A stretch of DNA of 64,000 nucleotides from Candidatus Micrarchaeaceae archaeon (GTDB lineage Archaea > Micrarchaeota > Micrarchaeia > Micrarchaeales > Micrarchaeaceae). This document shows positions 8,541-18,304 of this stretch, piece after piece. Both the position numbers and the translations under genes were made by a program. The stretch is from positions 14,378-78,377 of the forward strand of contig JBEKES010000001.1 of assembly GCA_050013715.1 (NCBI GenBank), written 5' to 3'. The notes under the pieces were generated by a model that was not told the origin of the DNA, made no database searches, and saw only the letters and a list, made by a program, of their open reading frames with translations. Numbering within the stretch: position 1 is the first letter of the stretch; each line of letters begins with the position of its first letter.

Positions 8541-11465
8541 ATGGCAATAAGAAAGATAAGGAAAAGAGACGGATCGCTGGTTGATTTCGACGAGACAAAG
8601 ATAGGTGTTGTTATAAGCAAGGCGATAATTGCCGTTCGAGGGAGAGCCAACAATTTAGAGATCAAAAATCTTACCGATAAAGTCGTAAATAGAATAGCTG
8701 AACTCTACGGCAGCGCAGGCGCAGCTGACGTTGAGGGCGTCCAGGACATAGTAGAGCAAGTATTAATGAAGGAGAATTATTTTGATGTTGCCCGCGCCTA
8801 TATACTCTATAGGGAGAGGCACAACGAGATAAGAAGAGAAAAAAGAAGTGAAATACTTAAGAAGATAGATGCAAGGCAGTTGTTCGTAGTAAACAGGGAG
8901 GGCCAGAAGGAAATATTCGACGAAAATGTGCTAAGGAATTACATACGCGCTGCATGCAAGGGCTATGAAGGAGTTATAAACATGGAAAGCCTGCTCAACG
9001 CCTGCGAGCAGGGCATTTACGAGGACATCCAAACCAAGGACATAGCAAGAACTGCAGTTCTTACCGCAAGAAGCTTGATAGAAAGAGATCCATCCTATTC
9101 AATAATAACTACAAAATTATTCCTTGCAGCGCTTTACAGGGAAGTTCTCAACGCAAGGTTCTCGCCAACCGAGCTTGCCGATGCATACTCAAAGAGCTTC
9201 ATCTCTAATGTTAAGGAATGCGTCAAGAACGGCAAATTATCCGAGAAGATGCTTGACTATGATCTTGAAATGCTTGCATCTCATTTGAACATAAAGCGCG
9301 ATGAACTGCTTCCATACAGAGGATTGGAGGCATTGTATGATGATTATCTGATAAAGGACATAAAGAACGGGAAGAGCGGCAAGCGCTATGAAACACCGCA
9401 GGCCTTCTGGATGAGAGTGGCAATGGGCCTTGCTCTCAATGAAAAGGACAAGAATGAGAAGGCATTGGAATTCTATGAAGTGCTTTCCAATTTAAGATTC
9501 GTAAGCTCAAGCCCAACGCTTTACAATACAGGTAGTCCTCGTCCTCAATTGAGCTCTTGCTTTTTAACAACAGTGGCAGATGACCTCAATTCAATATTCA
9601 AGAACTATAATGACAATGCATTACTATGCAAATGGAGCGGAGGCATGGGCAACGACTGGTCAAGTTTAAGGGCAACTGGCGCAATAGTAAAGACAACTGG
9701 CGTTGAAAGCCAAGGATTAGTTCCATTCCTCAAGATAGCAAATGATGTCAATATCGCAATTAACAGGAGCGGCAGGAAAAGAGGCGCAACTTGCGCTTAC
9801 TTGGAAGTCTGGCATTACGACATAGAGGATTTCATAGACCTTAGAAGAAACACAGGAGATGAGCGAAGAAGGACCCATGACATGAACATAGCGGCATGGA
9901 TACCCGACCTTTTCATGAAAAGAGTCATAAGCGATGAGGATTGGACACTATTCTCACCGGATGAGACCCCTGAGCTTCATGACCTTTACGGAAAGGCATT
10001 CGAAGACAAGTACATTGAATACGAGAAAAAGGCAGCCAGCGGAAATGTTAGGCTATTCAAGACCATGAAGGCACTGGCTCTATGGAAGCGCATGCTTACT
10101 TCGCTCTACGAGACAGGACACCCATGGATCAATTTCAAGGACCCGTGCAACATAAGATCACCTCAAGACCATACAGGTGTTATCCACAGCTCGAACCTAT
10201 GCACAGAAATAACGCTTAACACATCAAGCGATGAGATTGCTGTATGCAATCTAGGCTCGATAAACCTTGCTCCCCACATAAAGGAAGGCGTTCTTGATGA
10301 AGATCTTCTTAGAAGCACTGTAAACACTGCCATGCGCATGCTTGACAATGTAATAGATTTATGCTACTATCCAGTTAAAGAGGCCAAGAACTCGAACATG
10401 AGGCACAGGCCAGTAGGAATGGGACTTATGGGCTTCCAGGACGCGCTCTACATGCTAGGCATTAGCTTCGATTCGGAAGAAGCTGTTAAGTTCGCAGATG
10501 AGAGCATGGAATTCATATCCTATCATGCGATACTTGCATCTACTGAATTGGCAAAGGAAAGAGGTTCCTATGAAAGCTTCAAAGGATCAAAATGGGACAG
10601 AGGAATACTTCCAGTTGATACGCTTGACATGCTGGAAAAGGAAAGAGGCATGAAGATAGATGTTTCAAGAACAGGGAAAATGGACTGGGCACCAGTTAGA
10701 GAAGCGATAAAGAAGCACGGAATGAGAAACTCAAACTGCCTTGCGATTGCTCCAACAGCTACCATTTCAAACATTGCCAATTGCTTCCCTTCCATTGAGC
10801 CAATATACAGCGACATTTACGTAAAATCAAACAAGAGCGGCGAATTCACAGTAATAAACCAGTACCTTGTAGAGGATTTGAAAGCACTGGGCATGTGGAA
10901 CCAATCAATGCTCGATGAGATAAAAGCGCATGACGGAAGCATACAAAGAGTTGCATCAATTCCATCAAAATTAAAGGACAAGTACAAGAACGTTTTCGAC
11001 ATATCTCCAGAATGGCTTATGAGAATCGCAGCCTACAGGGGCAAATGGATAGACCAGAGCCAATCGCTCAACATATTCACAACTACTACTTCAGGAAGAT
11101 ACCTGTCAGACAATTACATATATGCATGGAAGATAGGATTGAAGACTACCTATTATCTTAGGACCATGGGCGCAAGCTCAGTTGAGAAGAGCACGGTAGG
11201 AATATCAACACAGCAAACAGCAGCATTCAAGGAAACGCAAATGGAGGAGCAGCCAATCAGCACATCAACAAGAGTGGAAGAGGTAGTAGTGCAGATATAC
11301 GATGGCCAGAAATACATGGCAGAATCCCAGCAGAAAAGCCAGATTGAAGAGCAAGTGCCAACAACTCAAGTGAAATCAAATTCAACAATAGACTTCTCAA
11401 ATGTAAAAATAACAAGAAATGGAGACATCTGCAACAACGAGCCTGACTGCGAAGCCTGCCAGTAG
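8541..11465 (+). CDS. nrdA: Ribonucleoside-diphosphate reductase alpha subunit, class I, two N-terminal ATP cones
   Basis: ATP cones KRDG and VNREG; SSCF, SNLCTEI, VCNLGS, APTATIS, TYYLR, C-terminal CEACQ. Confidence 0.97.
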   Translation: MAIRKIRKRDGSLVDFDETKIGVVISKAIIAVRGRANNLEIKNLTDKVVNRIAELYGSAGAADVEGVQDIVEQVLMKENYFDVARAYILYRERHNEIRREKRSEILKKIDARQLFVVNREGQKEIFDENVLRNYIRAACKGYEGVINMESLLNACEQGIYEDIQTKDIARTAVLTARSLIERDPSYSIITTKLFLAALYREVLNARFSPTELADAYSKSFISNVKECVKNGKLSEKMLDYDLEMLASHLNIKRDELLPYRGLEALYDDYLIKDIKNGKSGKRYETPQAFWMRVAMGLALNEKDKNEKALEFYEVLSNLRFVSSSPTLYNTGSPRPQLSSCFLTTVADDLNSIFKNYNDNALLCKWSGGMGNDWSSLRATGAIVKTTGVESQGLVPFLKIANDVNIAINRSGRKRGATCAYLEVWHYDIEDFIDLRRNTGDERRRTHDMNIAAWIPDLFMKRVISDEDWTLFSPDETPELHDLYGKAFEDKYIEYEKKAASGNVRLFKTMKALALWKRMLTSLYETGHPWINFKDPCNIRSPQDHTGVIHSSNLCTEITLNTSSDEIAVCNLGSINLAPHIKEGVLDEDLLRSTVNTAMRMLDNVIDLCYYPVKEAKNSNMRHRPVGMGLMGFQDALYMLGISFDSEEAVKFADESMEFISYHAILASTELAKERGSYESFKGSKWDRGILPVDTLDMLEKERGMKIDVSRTGKMDWAPVREAIKKHGMRNSNCLAIAPTATISNIANCFPSIEPIYSDIYVKSNKSGEFTVINQYLVEDLKALGMWNQSMLDEIKAHDGSIQRVASIPSKLKDKYKNVFDISPEWLMRIAAYRGKWIDQSQSLNIFTTTTSGRYLSDNYIYAWKIGLKTTYYLRTMGASSVEKSTVGISTQQTAAFKETQMEEQPISTSTRVEEVVVQIYDGQKYMAESQQKSQIEEQVPTTQVKSNSTIDFSNVKITRNGDICNNEPDCEACQ

Positions 11466-11472
11466 TGATTCC

Positions 11473-12480
11473 ATGAAAGACAACAAGCAAATACTTAATT
11501 CATCGGAAACAGATCCAAACAAGATACTGCCAATTAAGTACCAGTGGGCAAGGACATACTACAAGACAGGTGTAGCAAACAACTGGGTTCCAGAGGAAGT
11601 GCCAATGCAACTGGATGTTGAGCTTTGGAAGAAGCCAGATGGATTGTCACCGGATGAAAGACGATTAGTGCTAAGGAACTTGGGATTCTTCTCGACTGCG
11701 GAAAGCCTTACAGCAAACAACATAGTGCTCTCAATTTACAGGCACATAACAAACCCGGAATGCAGGCAGTATTTGCTAAGGCAGGCCTATGAAGAGGCAG
11801 TTCATACTGAAACATTCATCTACTGCTGCGATTCATTGGGACTTGATCCTGATGAAGTATACAACATGTACTTGCAAATACCAAGCATAAAGAAAAAGGA
11901 CGACTTTGTAATCAGCATAACACAGAGCATACTTGACCCTAATTTCACAACGGTTGGCACAGACAACATAAGAAGATTCGTGAATGATTTGATTGGCTAT
12001 TATGTAATCATGGAAGGCATATTCTTCTATGCAGGGTTTGCAATGATGCTATCATTCATGAGGAACAACAAGATGGTAGGAGTGGGAGAACAATTCCAGT
12101 TCATACTTAGAGACGAGTCAGTGCATCTCGCGTTTGGAACAGACCTCATAAACGCAATAGTTGCTGAAAACCCGGAAATATGGACAGATGAATTCAAAAA
12201 GGCAACGATAGACAACATAACAAAGGCAGTTGACCTTGAATGCGCATATGCGCAGGATTGTCTTCCAAAAGGAATCAGCGGGCTTAACGCAGAAACGATA
12301 AAGCAATACATGGAATACATAGCTGACAGAAGACTAGAGAGAATAAACCTTCCGCAAACCTACAATGCAACTAATCCGTTTCCATGGCTCAGCGAGATAA
12401 TAGACTTGAAGAAGGAAAAGAACTTCTTTGAGACAAGAGTCACAGAGTACAAGACAGGAGGCCAATTGGACTGGGACTAA
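11473..12480 (+). CDS. nrdB: Ribonucleotide reductase beta subunit, class Ic (R2c) signature
   Basis: FFSTAESL, EEAVHTETF, MEGIFFY, RDESVH, NFFETRVTEY; GTGAT-TCC-ATG start. Confidence 0.96.
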   Translation: MKDNKQILNSSETDPNKILPIKYQWARTYYKTGVANNWVPEEVPMQLDVELWKKPDGLSPDERRLVLRNLGFFSTAESLTANNIVLSIYRHITNPECRQYLLRQAYEEAVHTETFIYCCDSLGLDPDEVYNMYLQIPSIKKKDDFVISITQSILDPNFTTVGTDNIRRFVNDLIGYYVIMEGIFFYAGFAMMLSFMRNNKMVGVGEQFQFILRDESVHLAFGTDLINAIVAENPEIWTDEFKKATIDNITKAVDLECAYAQDCLPKGISGLNAETIKQYMEYIADRRLERINLPQTYNATNPFPWLSEIIDLKKEKNFFETRVTEYKTGGQLDWD

Positions 12481-12495
12481 TTATCCATTAGACAG

Positions 12496-13335
12496 GTGCT
12501 ATTTAACCAATTAGGTAATTCTATGGTAGGCACTTCAAATGGCAGACAGACATTTCTTGATGCGAAAGACACAATAGTTAATACCCCATTTGATGGCCAG
12601 ATAAAATGCCTTAATTGGAATATACAGAACCCTTCTCCCCAAAGAGCCATAAAACAGATTAATTGGATAGAACGAAGCAATTTTGACGTAATTATTTTAA
12701 CAGAATTCAAATGCTCCAGGGCAGGGCTTTACATAATTGATCGATTGAAGAGCAAGGGCTATGTAGTAAAATATCCCGAATTAGACAAGGATTATGGAGT
12801 TCTTTTGGCAGTAAGTAAAGATAATGCAATGGATTCAAAAATCAATAAGGAATTATTATCCAATAGGATTTCTTCAATTGTTTATAAAGCAGCAAATGAA
12901 AAGCTCTTATTGTTAGGGGTTTATGCACCTATTTGGAATACAGATAAGCAAAGGGCTTTTCTTGAATTTTTTGCAAAATCCATAGAGGACATATGCTCAA
13001 ATGAAAAATATGATAAAATAATCATATTAGGAGACATGAACATGCTAGAACCGAACCATACTTCAAAGTACCAGTTTCTGGAAGAATGGAGAGCTTTTTA
13101 CAAAACGCTAGACAAACATGTATTTGTAGATGCATTCAGGCTAATTTATCCAAATAAGGAAGAATATTCCTGGTTTACTAATGGAAGAGATCATCAAATA
13201 GACCAAAGGATTGACCATTGCTTTGTTTCAAAGAACTTGACAGATTGCATTAAAGATTGCAGTTACATTCATGAAGTCAGATTGGAGAAACTTAGTGACC
13301 ATTCGGCAATGTGCCTTGAAATAAAAAAAGATTAG
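12496..13335 (+). CDS. Exonuclease III / EEP family nuclease (likely start ATG 12523)
   Basis: NWNIQN, LTE, YAP, GDMN, DAFR, YSW, RIDH, SDH motifs. Confidence 0.9.
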   Translation: MLFNQLGNSMVGTSNGRQTFLDAKDTIVNTPFDGQIKCLNWNIQNPSPQRAIKQINWIERSNFDVIILTEFKCSRAGLYIIDRLKSKGYVVKYPELDKDYGVLLAVSKDNAMDSKINKELLSNRISSIVYKAANEKLLLLGVYAPIWNTDKQRAFLEFFAKSIEDICSNEKYDKIIILGDMNMLEPNHTSKYQFLEEWRAFYKTLDKHVFVDAFRLIYPNKEEYSWFTNGRDHQIDQRIDHCFVSKNLTDCIKDCSYIHEVRLEKLSDHSAMCLEIKKD

Positions 13336-13775
13336 TTATTTTGGAATACAAGACTGCATCCATTGTTTATGCAACTGCAGCTTGCAGTCCCGGCAAGAAT
13401 AAACTGTGGGCATGGTTGACTAACATTTCTAAATTGATTAAAGTAATTAGAATAGCTATTTTCATAGTTTTGGTTTATGCAGGCTTGTTGAGAAGGCTCG
13501 TTGTTGAAGCATGCTGAAGTATGTACAATGGTGCATTGTGACGAAGTAGTGCAATAGAATGTGCTTATATTTGCATTAGGATCCACTTTTTGTACGTTGA
13601 CTAATTCTTGCTGCGGCGTATATACTGAACCGTTTGCAGTAGAGTTTATTGTGGATGTTGATGCAGTATTTGTTCCATAAATACCGCTTGAATTATTTGT
13701 AGTGACTAAAAATAATGCTGCAAGTACAATTATACCAAAGATAAAACCGATTAACAGCTTACTTTTTTCATCCAT
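13332..13775 (-). CDS. Membrane-anchored secreted protein with eight-cysteine domain
   Basis: N-terminal hydrophobic helix, S/T/N-rich linker, 8 Cys in C-terminal half. Confidence 0.75.
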   Translation of the reverse strand: MDEKSKLLIGFIFGIIVLAALFLVTTNNSSGIYGTNTASTSTINSTANGSVYTPQQELVNVQKVDPNANISTFYCTTSSQCTIVHTSACFNNEPSQQACINQNYENSYSNYFNQFRNVSQPCPQFILAGTASCSCINNGCSLVFQNN

Positions 13776-13796
13776 ATGATCATTTACTCTTTTTAT

Positions 13797-14225
13797 TTAT
13801 GCTCTTTGAACTCGAATTCCATCGCATTCCTCATTGAATTGCTCTTTTAATACGCACCATGCCTTTCGATATGTTTCACGAGTATTTTTTTCGGGAATGT
13901 TTGTTAAAAGCCATGTAGAGAATAAGTTATCTCTTATATTGATGCAGGAAACTTCCTGTATGTCCGTGTTTCTTACCAATTTCCATTTCTTTTCAGATGC
14001 AAGCTTATATTCATTCTTAACTTCAGAAGAATTAAATGCATTTATATTTCCTTCAATTATCGCTTTTGATGTTTGCCATGAATGAGCTGGAGAAAAAGAT
14101 ACGATTATGGTTGCTCCTGCCTTAGTTATCTCCTCGTCTTTGTCTAATGTGCCTTTCTTTTGCGCAAGATCGTGAAATTTTTCTGCGAGTATATCATATT
14201 TTGTTAAATTATACTTAATTGGCAT
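13797..14225 (-). CDS. Hypothetical protein (start MPIKY)
   Basis: ORF; the longer annotated start overlaps the divergent gene. Confidence 0.65.
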   Translation of the reverse strand: MPIKYNLTKYDILAEKFHDLAQKKGTLDKDEEITKAGATIIVSFSPAHSWQTSKAIIEGNINAFNSSEVKNEYKLASEKKWKLVRNTDIQEVSCINIRDNLFSTWLLTNIPEKNTRETYRKAWCVLKEQFNEECDGIRVQRA

Positions 14226-14325
14226 ACAACGTTCCCAACAAACCAATCCAATCCTTACATAAATATACAACAATAAAGTATATAAGCATATCAAGTTAAT
14301 AAAATTATTAATCAGAGATGAGGAA

Positions 14326-14739
14326 ATGGGAATTCTTAATATTTTTGGAAAGAAAGACGCAACATCAGACATCGCAAAAGGACCGCCATACAGTGTGGTT
14401 ACAGAACTTGTGCCCTACAAATTGTATGCAAAGAAGAACAGTTCTGCAACTCTAAGAATAAAAGTAAGAAACCTTACAAAAGAGGTTCTCTTGACATCAT
14501 TAGTAGGAGAAGTTCCGAACCATTTGGGATTTGATGAGATGATAATGTCAAAGCAAAGGGAAATAAGAGTAGGTGAAATGCAGCCCAACGAGGAAAAGGA
14601 ACTGAAGATGAATTTGTACACAAGCCTAGGTTCGGAAAAGGGAGAATACACAATGACTCTTACAACAATAGCACACTACAGGGATTATGGCCATGTGCTT
14701 AATGCATTGAAGAAAAGAATAGCAATTGAGCTAGTATAA
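14326..14739 (+). CDS. Hypothetical protein, Ig-like beta-sandwich pattern
   Basis: Alternating beta pattern LRIKVRN...GEYTMTLT; core-like codon usage. Confidence 0.7.
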   Translation: MGILNIFGKKDATSDIAKGPPYSVVTELVPYKLYAKKNSSATLRIKVRNLTKEVLLTSLVGEVPNHLGFDEMIMSKQREIRVGEMQPNEEKELKMNLYTSLGSEKGEYTMTLTTIAHYRDYGHVLNALKKRIAIELV

Positions 14740-15036
14740 TTATTTAGGCGTTTCTGGAGGACGTTGCTGTTCAGCAATAGTAAGCTCGGAATTTATGCTT
14801 ATGATTAGGTTAGTAATGCGAAGTCCTTTGTCAGTAAGTTTTATTATTTTTAATTTACCGTGCTTTTCGCTTGTTGTGATACCATTATACTCGCAGGTTG
14901 CAAGAAAATTGCATACGTGAACATAAGTAGTATTGGAAAGCTTTGATATCGTGGACATGCTAAGATCCTGAGCGCTGTTTTTAATTAGAATAAGTATTTC
15001 AGTCTGCTTCTTCTTGAGTATCAGGTTATCCATCAT
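14740..15036 (-). CDS. Winged helix-turn-helix DNA-binding protein
   Basis: ISKLSNTTYVHV helix pair; wing GKLKIIKLTDKG. Confidence 0.8.
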   Translation of the reverse strand: MMDNLILKKKQTEILILIKNSAQDLSMSTISKLSNTTYVHVCNFLATCEYNGITTSEKHGKLKIIKLTDKGLRITNLIISINSELTIAEQQRPPETPK

Positions 15037-15211
15037 AAAGTATTATTGCAAAAAGAGGATTATAAACCTTTATAATTCACATTCAGGGAAATTTATTTTC
15101 AACACTATTATTATTGTAGTATTTTTCACATTTATGGAAATCATTAGATTTAATGAGATAATTTTCATATTAATCACTTTTCTGGAATCTCGGCAATCCT
15201 GAACACAATAA

Positions 15212-15817
15212 CTAACTTCTTTTTATGTCATTAACAAATTTTAATGCAATATCCGGATAGGCTTTTTTCGCAAGATCCAATACAGATGCCCCAGTCCAAT
15301 CTTTTGTATCTGAAAGAAGTTTTATACCATCTTCTGTTTCTGTGAGTTTGTTTGCTACGCTTTCGTGGTAGTTAACAGCAACATGAAGAGAGCTCCAATT
15401 AGTATTGTTTTCTTTTGTACTTGCAAGCAGGTTTTTCCCCTCTTCTTTTTCTATTAGCTTAAGCGCTACTTTTTCATATAATTCAACAGCAGCATGAAGT
15501 ATAGTTCTGCCATCAAATCTAGTTTCCACAAGAAGATTAATCCCTTCTTGCGTTTCTATAAGTTTAAGTGCAACACTTTCAAAGTTTATAACAGCAAGAA
15601 GAAGAGCACTTGGCCCCTCATTTTTGACAAGATCTCCACTATCATGTGGTTTTACTGTTTCGGCAAGCAGTTTTCTGCCATATTGTGTTTCTACTAATTG
15701 AAGCATGAGTTGTTCATTTTCAACAAATTTTAAAACATTATTAGTGTTAACTACACCGTATCCATTAACAGTTATACTTATTTTAGATACATCTATTGCC
15801 ATTGGCTTTGTCGCCAT
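15212..15817 (-). CDS. Ankyrin-repeat protein
   Basis: Repeats GPSALLLAV, GRTILHAAV, NWSSLHVAV, GASVLDLA, most followed by E(S/K)VA.KL.E..EG..LL..T. Confidence 0.85.
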   Translation of the reverse strand: MATKPMAIDVSKISITVNGYGVVNTNNVLKFVENEQLMLQLVETQYGRKLLAETVKPHDSGDLVKNEGPSALLLAVINFESVALKLIETQEGINLLVETRFDGRTILHAAVELYEKVALKLIEKEEGKNLLASTKENNTNWSSLHVAVNYHESVANKLTETEDGIKLLSDTKDWTGASVLDLAKKAYPDIALKFVNDIKRS

Positions 15818-15920
15818 ATTATCACATCATATTATATATCAATAAAGGAATTATAATCTGAATCTCTCATTAAAGCTACTTTTATATACTTTTCTAAACT
15901 TCTTTTCAAAGGCTTGCTAA

Positions 15921-16454
15921 TTACATAAATTCATGGCTTTCTTCTAGTTCTGCGGTTCGCAGTGCTTCTAAGAACACAGGTGTTTCATGATAATTGGCAT
16001 CTCTTGCCCCCTGAGCTATTTTGTATATCATTCTAATAAGAGCCGCTTCCTGTGAAGCATATGCAGATCTAACTAATCTTTCTTTGTTTTCAGTGATAGA
16101 GCTTTCTTCTCTCATAAAAATTGATAAAAGAGACTTTGATTGCCTTTGCTCTAACCTATGCCTTTCAAGCTCCAATAATGTTGCAGATAAAAGAAATTCT
16201 GAGGTTTCTATTACTAACAAACCAGAGACGCGTGCTTGGGCTTCTCCATTTACAAAGTTTGAGGCTTCTACAGCAGTATCGTGTGATTTACGAGCCATTC
16301 TAAGATAATCAAGGTGGTATTTTCCACCATCATTGTAACGGTAGTGCCCTTCAATTATTCTAGTAAATTTTGTGTATGAATCATCTATTTTCCCAGCAAT
16401 AGCCAAACCTAATGCTAATGTAGTTTCTGCCATTGGAGATACGGTTTTGTTCAT
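15921..16454 (-). CDS. Hypothetical protein (start MNKTV)
   Basis: GTGATAAAAATG start; helical ORFan. Confidence 0.7.
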   Translation of the reverse strand: MNKTVSPMAETTLALGLAIAGKIDDSYTKFTRIIEGHYRYNDGGKYHLDYLRMARKSHDTAVEASNFVNGEAQARVSGLLVIETSEFLLSATLLELERHRLEQRQSKSLLSIFMREESSITENKERLVRSAYASQEAALIRMIYKIAQGARDANYHETPVFLEALRTAELEESHEFM

Positions 16455-16583
16455 TTTTATCACATTATAATTATGACTTAGGAAATATTTATACCTGATT
16501 ATGTTGTACGTCACTTGTCTTTCAAAAAACCAGGAACCTTAACAAAATGATAATGTTAATAATTTATATTGCTTATTTTACTT

Positions 16584-16745
16584 ATGGAAAAGAAGAATTT
16601 GCCAAGAGCCGAGAAAGACACTGAATGTGGCTACTGCCACAAAATCATAAAGAAAGGGGAATTAATCTGCGCTTATTCAAATCGTGACCCTAAAGGAATA
16701 CACCATCCAGAGCATAATTGCAAAAGCTTAGCAGGACTTTTCTAA
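16584..16745 (+). CDS. Small Cys/His zinc-finger-like protein, 53 aa (below ORF track cutoff)
   Basis: MEKKNLPRAEKDTECGYCHKIIKKGELICAYSNRDPKGIHHPEHNCKSLAGLF. Confidence 0.55.
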   Translation: MEKKNLPRAEKDTECGYCHKIIKKGELICAYSNRDPKGIHHPEHNCKSLAGLF

Positions 16746-16792
16746 ACTACGCCCAAAATCGCAATATATAAAATTAATGGGAATATGTTTGA

Positions 16793-17173
16793 TCAAGAAG
16801 CTTTTTTCTGTTTTCTGAGAAGTCTTTCTCTTTTAACGCTGTCTAAATCATGAAAAAGCCGGCGCCCTGATTCAGTTAATTCGTATAAGCAATTTACCCC
16901 TTTTACAAAGCCAAAGTGCTCTAATTCATAAAGCCCTGCAACGTTTTGTTTTTCTATATATATCTTTTTGTCTCTGTCTAAACGTTCCAAAACCTTTATC
17001 ATTATACTAGCTACACTAGTTGCTTGAGAAGTATCTTTTACATCAGCATCATGTAATAGAATAGCTGCACACCTCTTTGTAAAAGCGTTCTTTTGGGCTT
17101 CAAATGCCTGTTCAGCTCTACCTAATTTTTGCCATGTTGATTCTTCAACTCTTATAGTTTTTGTTCTATCCAT
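16793..17173 (-). CDS. Hypothetical DNA-binding protein (RHH-like N-terminus, wHTH-like C-terminus)
   Basis: KTIRVEESTWQKL; LEHFGFVK...YELTESG; GTGAT-GGA-ATG start. Confidence 0.65.
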   Translation of the reverse strand: MDRTKTIRVEESTWQKLGRAEQAFEAQKNAFTKRCAAILLHDADVKDTSQATSVASIMIKVLERLDRDKKIYIEKQNVAGLYELEHFGFVKGVNCLYELTESGRRLFHDLDSVKRERLLRKQKKAS

Positions 17174-17326
17174 TCCATCACTCATTTAGCTCTATTTTAA
17201 GAGATATATATACTTTTTCTACAACTTCTTTTCAAAAGCCTAAACTACTAATAACATAATTCCGCTATTCGCGAATATTGCCTAATTTTAAAAGGCTTGT
17301 CTTTGCTTGATTTAGCGGCGATCAGC

Positions 17327-17566
17327 ATGGAAGTGAGAACACCTACCATAGACAAGTACTGCAGAAAGCAGATAAAGGCTGTTGAGAAGGCCTATCAAGA
17401 GTTAGAAGAATCAAGGAATGCCTGGAAAGAAGCATATCAGCTTCAGGACATAGAAAAGCTCGATTCCTTGTACAAGAATCTGGACAAGGCTATCAGGAAC
17501 ATGGGCAAAACAAGCCATAATGCTGATACATTCCTGAAGGAAATATACAGCATATGGAAAGTTTAA
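17327..17566 (+). CDS. Small helical hypothetical protein
   Basis: ORF with coiled-coil-like pattern. Confidence 0.55.
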   Translation: MEVRTPTIDKYCRKQIKAVEKAYQELEESRNAWKEAYQLQDIEKLDSLYKNLDKAIRNMGKTSHNADTFLKEIYSIWKV

Positions 17567-17588
17567 TCAACGCCCCATAAGAATTGGA

Positions 17589-18278
17589 CTAAGACCTTAA
17601 CCTCTTAAATAGTCTTTTCATAAGACTTGGTTTTGGTTCTGCATAACCAGCTAGAGTTACGAATGCTTCTCCAGTTGGAAAGGTTATTGGCTCTTCTCCT
17701 GATACGAAAACGTGTTTTTCGTGATCCAGAACACAATCTCCTCTTTTAAGAGAAAAAATGGCATGCTTTGTAACCAAAAGACCTGTAGAGTATTCACCTT
17801 TTAATTTTTTGATAAATTCATAAGTTACAACCATCTTGGCAGTAGCATCTTCCTTTCCAAGCGACATGCCCGGGCGTAATATACTGATACCGACCATTTC
17901 GCCTTCCATAACATAATACCATCCAGAAAGATTTGAACTATTTTCAGCATCGGAATACGTAGCCGGAGCTGAATCTCTGTCGAAAAATCTAAATGATATG
18001 AGAGATTTGTTGAAGTTTGGAACATCATATACGGTAGGCATTGTTATGTTAGAGCGTCCTTTCAGATACGTATCACGCAGATGCGTCAAAACAAAAACAG
18101 GATCCCTACAACCTATTTCTCTACCAATGGTTGTTTCAGAAGATCCATCAATACCAGTAAATGCAGTACACGAATGATATTGCACATAGGTCTTAGTCTT
18201 TCTCATTTCTAAGTTTGCAGAAGGGTTTGGTTGGAATCTTCCAGGTTCGTTTTTTTGCACATTACTTGTTGTTGTCAT
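17589..18278 (-). CDS. Hypothetical protein
   Basis: 229 aa, GTGATAATATG start, last gene of five-gene operon. Confidence 0.75.
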   Translation of the reverse strand: MTTTSNVQKNEPGRFQPNPSANLEMRKTKTYVQYHSCTAFTGIDGSSETTIGREIGCRDPVFVLTHLRDTYLKGRSNITMPTVYDVPNFNKSLISFRFFDRDSAPATYSDAENSSNLSGWYYVMEGEMVGISILRPGMSLGKEDATAKMVVTYEFIKKLKGEYSTGLLVTKHAIFSLKRGDCVLDHEKHVFVSGEEPITFPTGEAFVTLAGYAEPKPSLMKRLFKRLRS

Positions 18279-18279
18279 A

Positions 18280-18304
18280 TTATCACGCTATAATTGTAAC
18301 ATTT
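18280..18304. repeat. 25-bp exact direct repeat, second copy at 19067-19091
   Basis: TTATCACGCTATAATTGTAACATTT at both positions, spanning stop codon and next RBS. Confidence 0.9.

Noticed and set aside
11419..11472. Longer nrdB start overlapping nrdA
   Set aside because: ATG 11473 has the consensus GTGAT-NNN signal and no overlap
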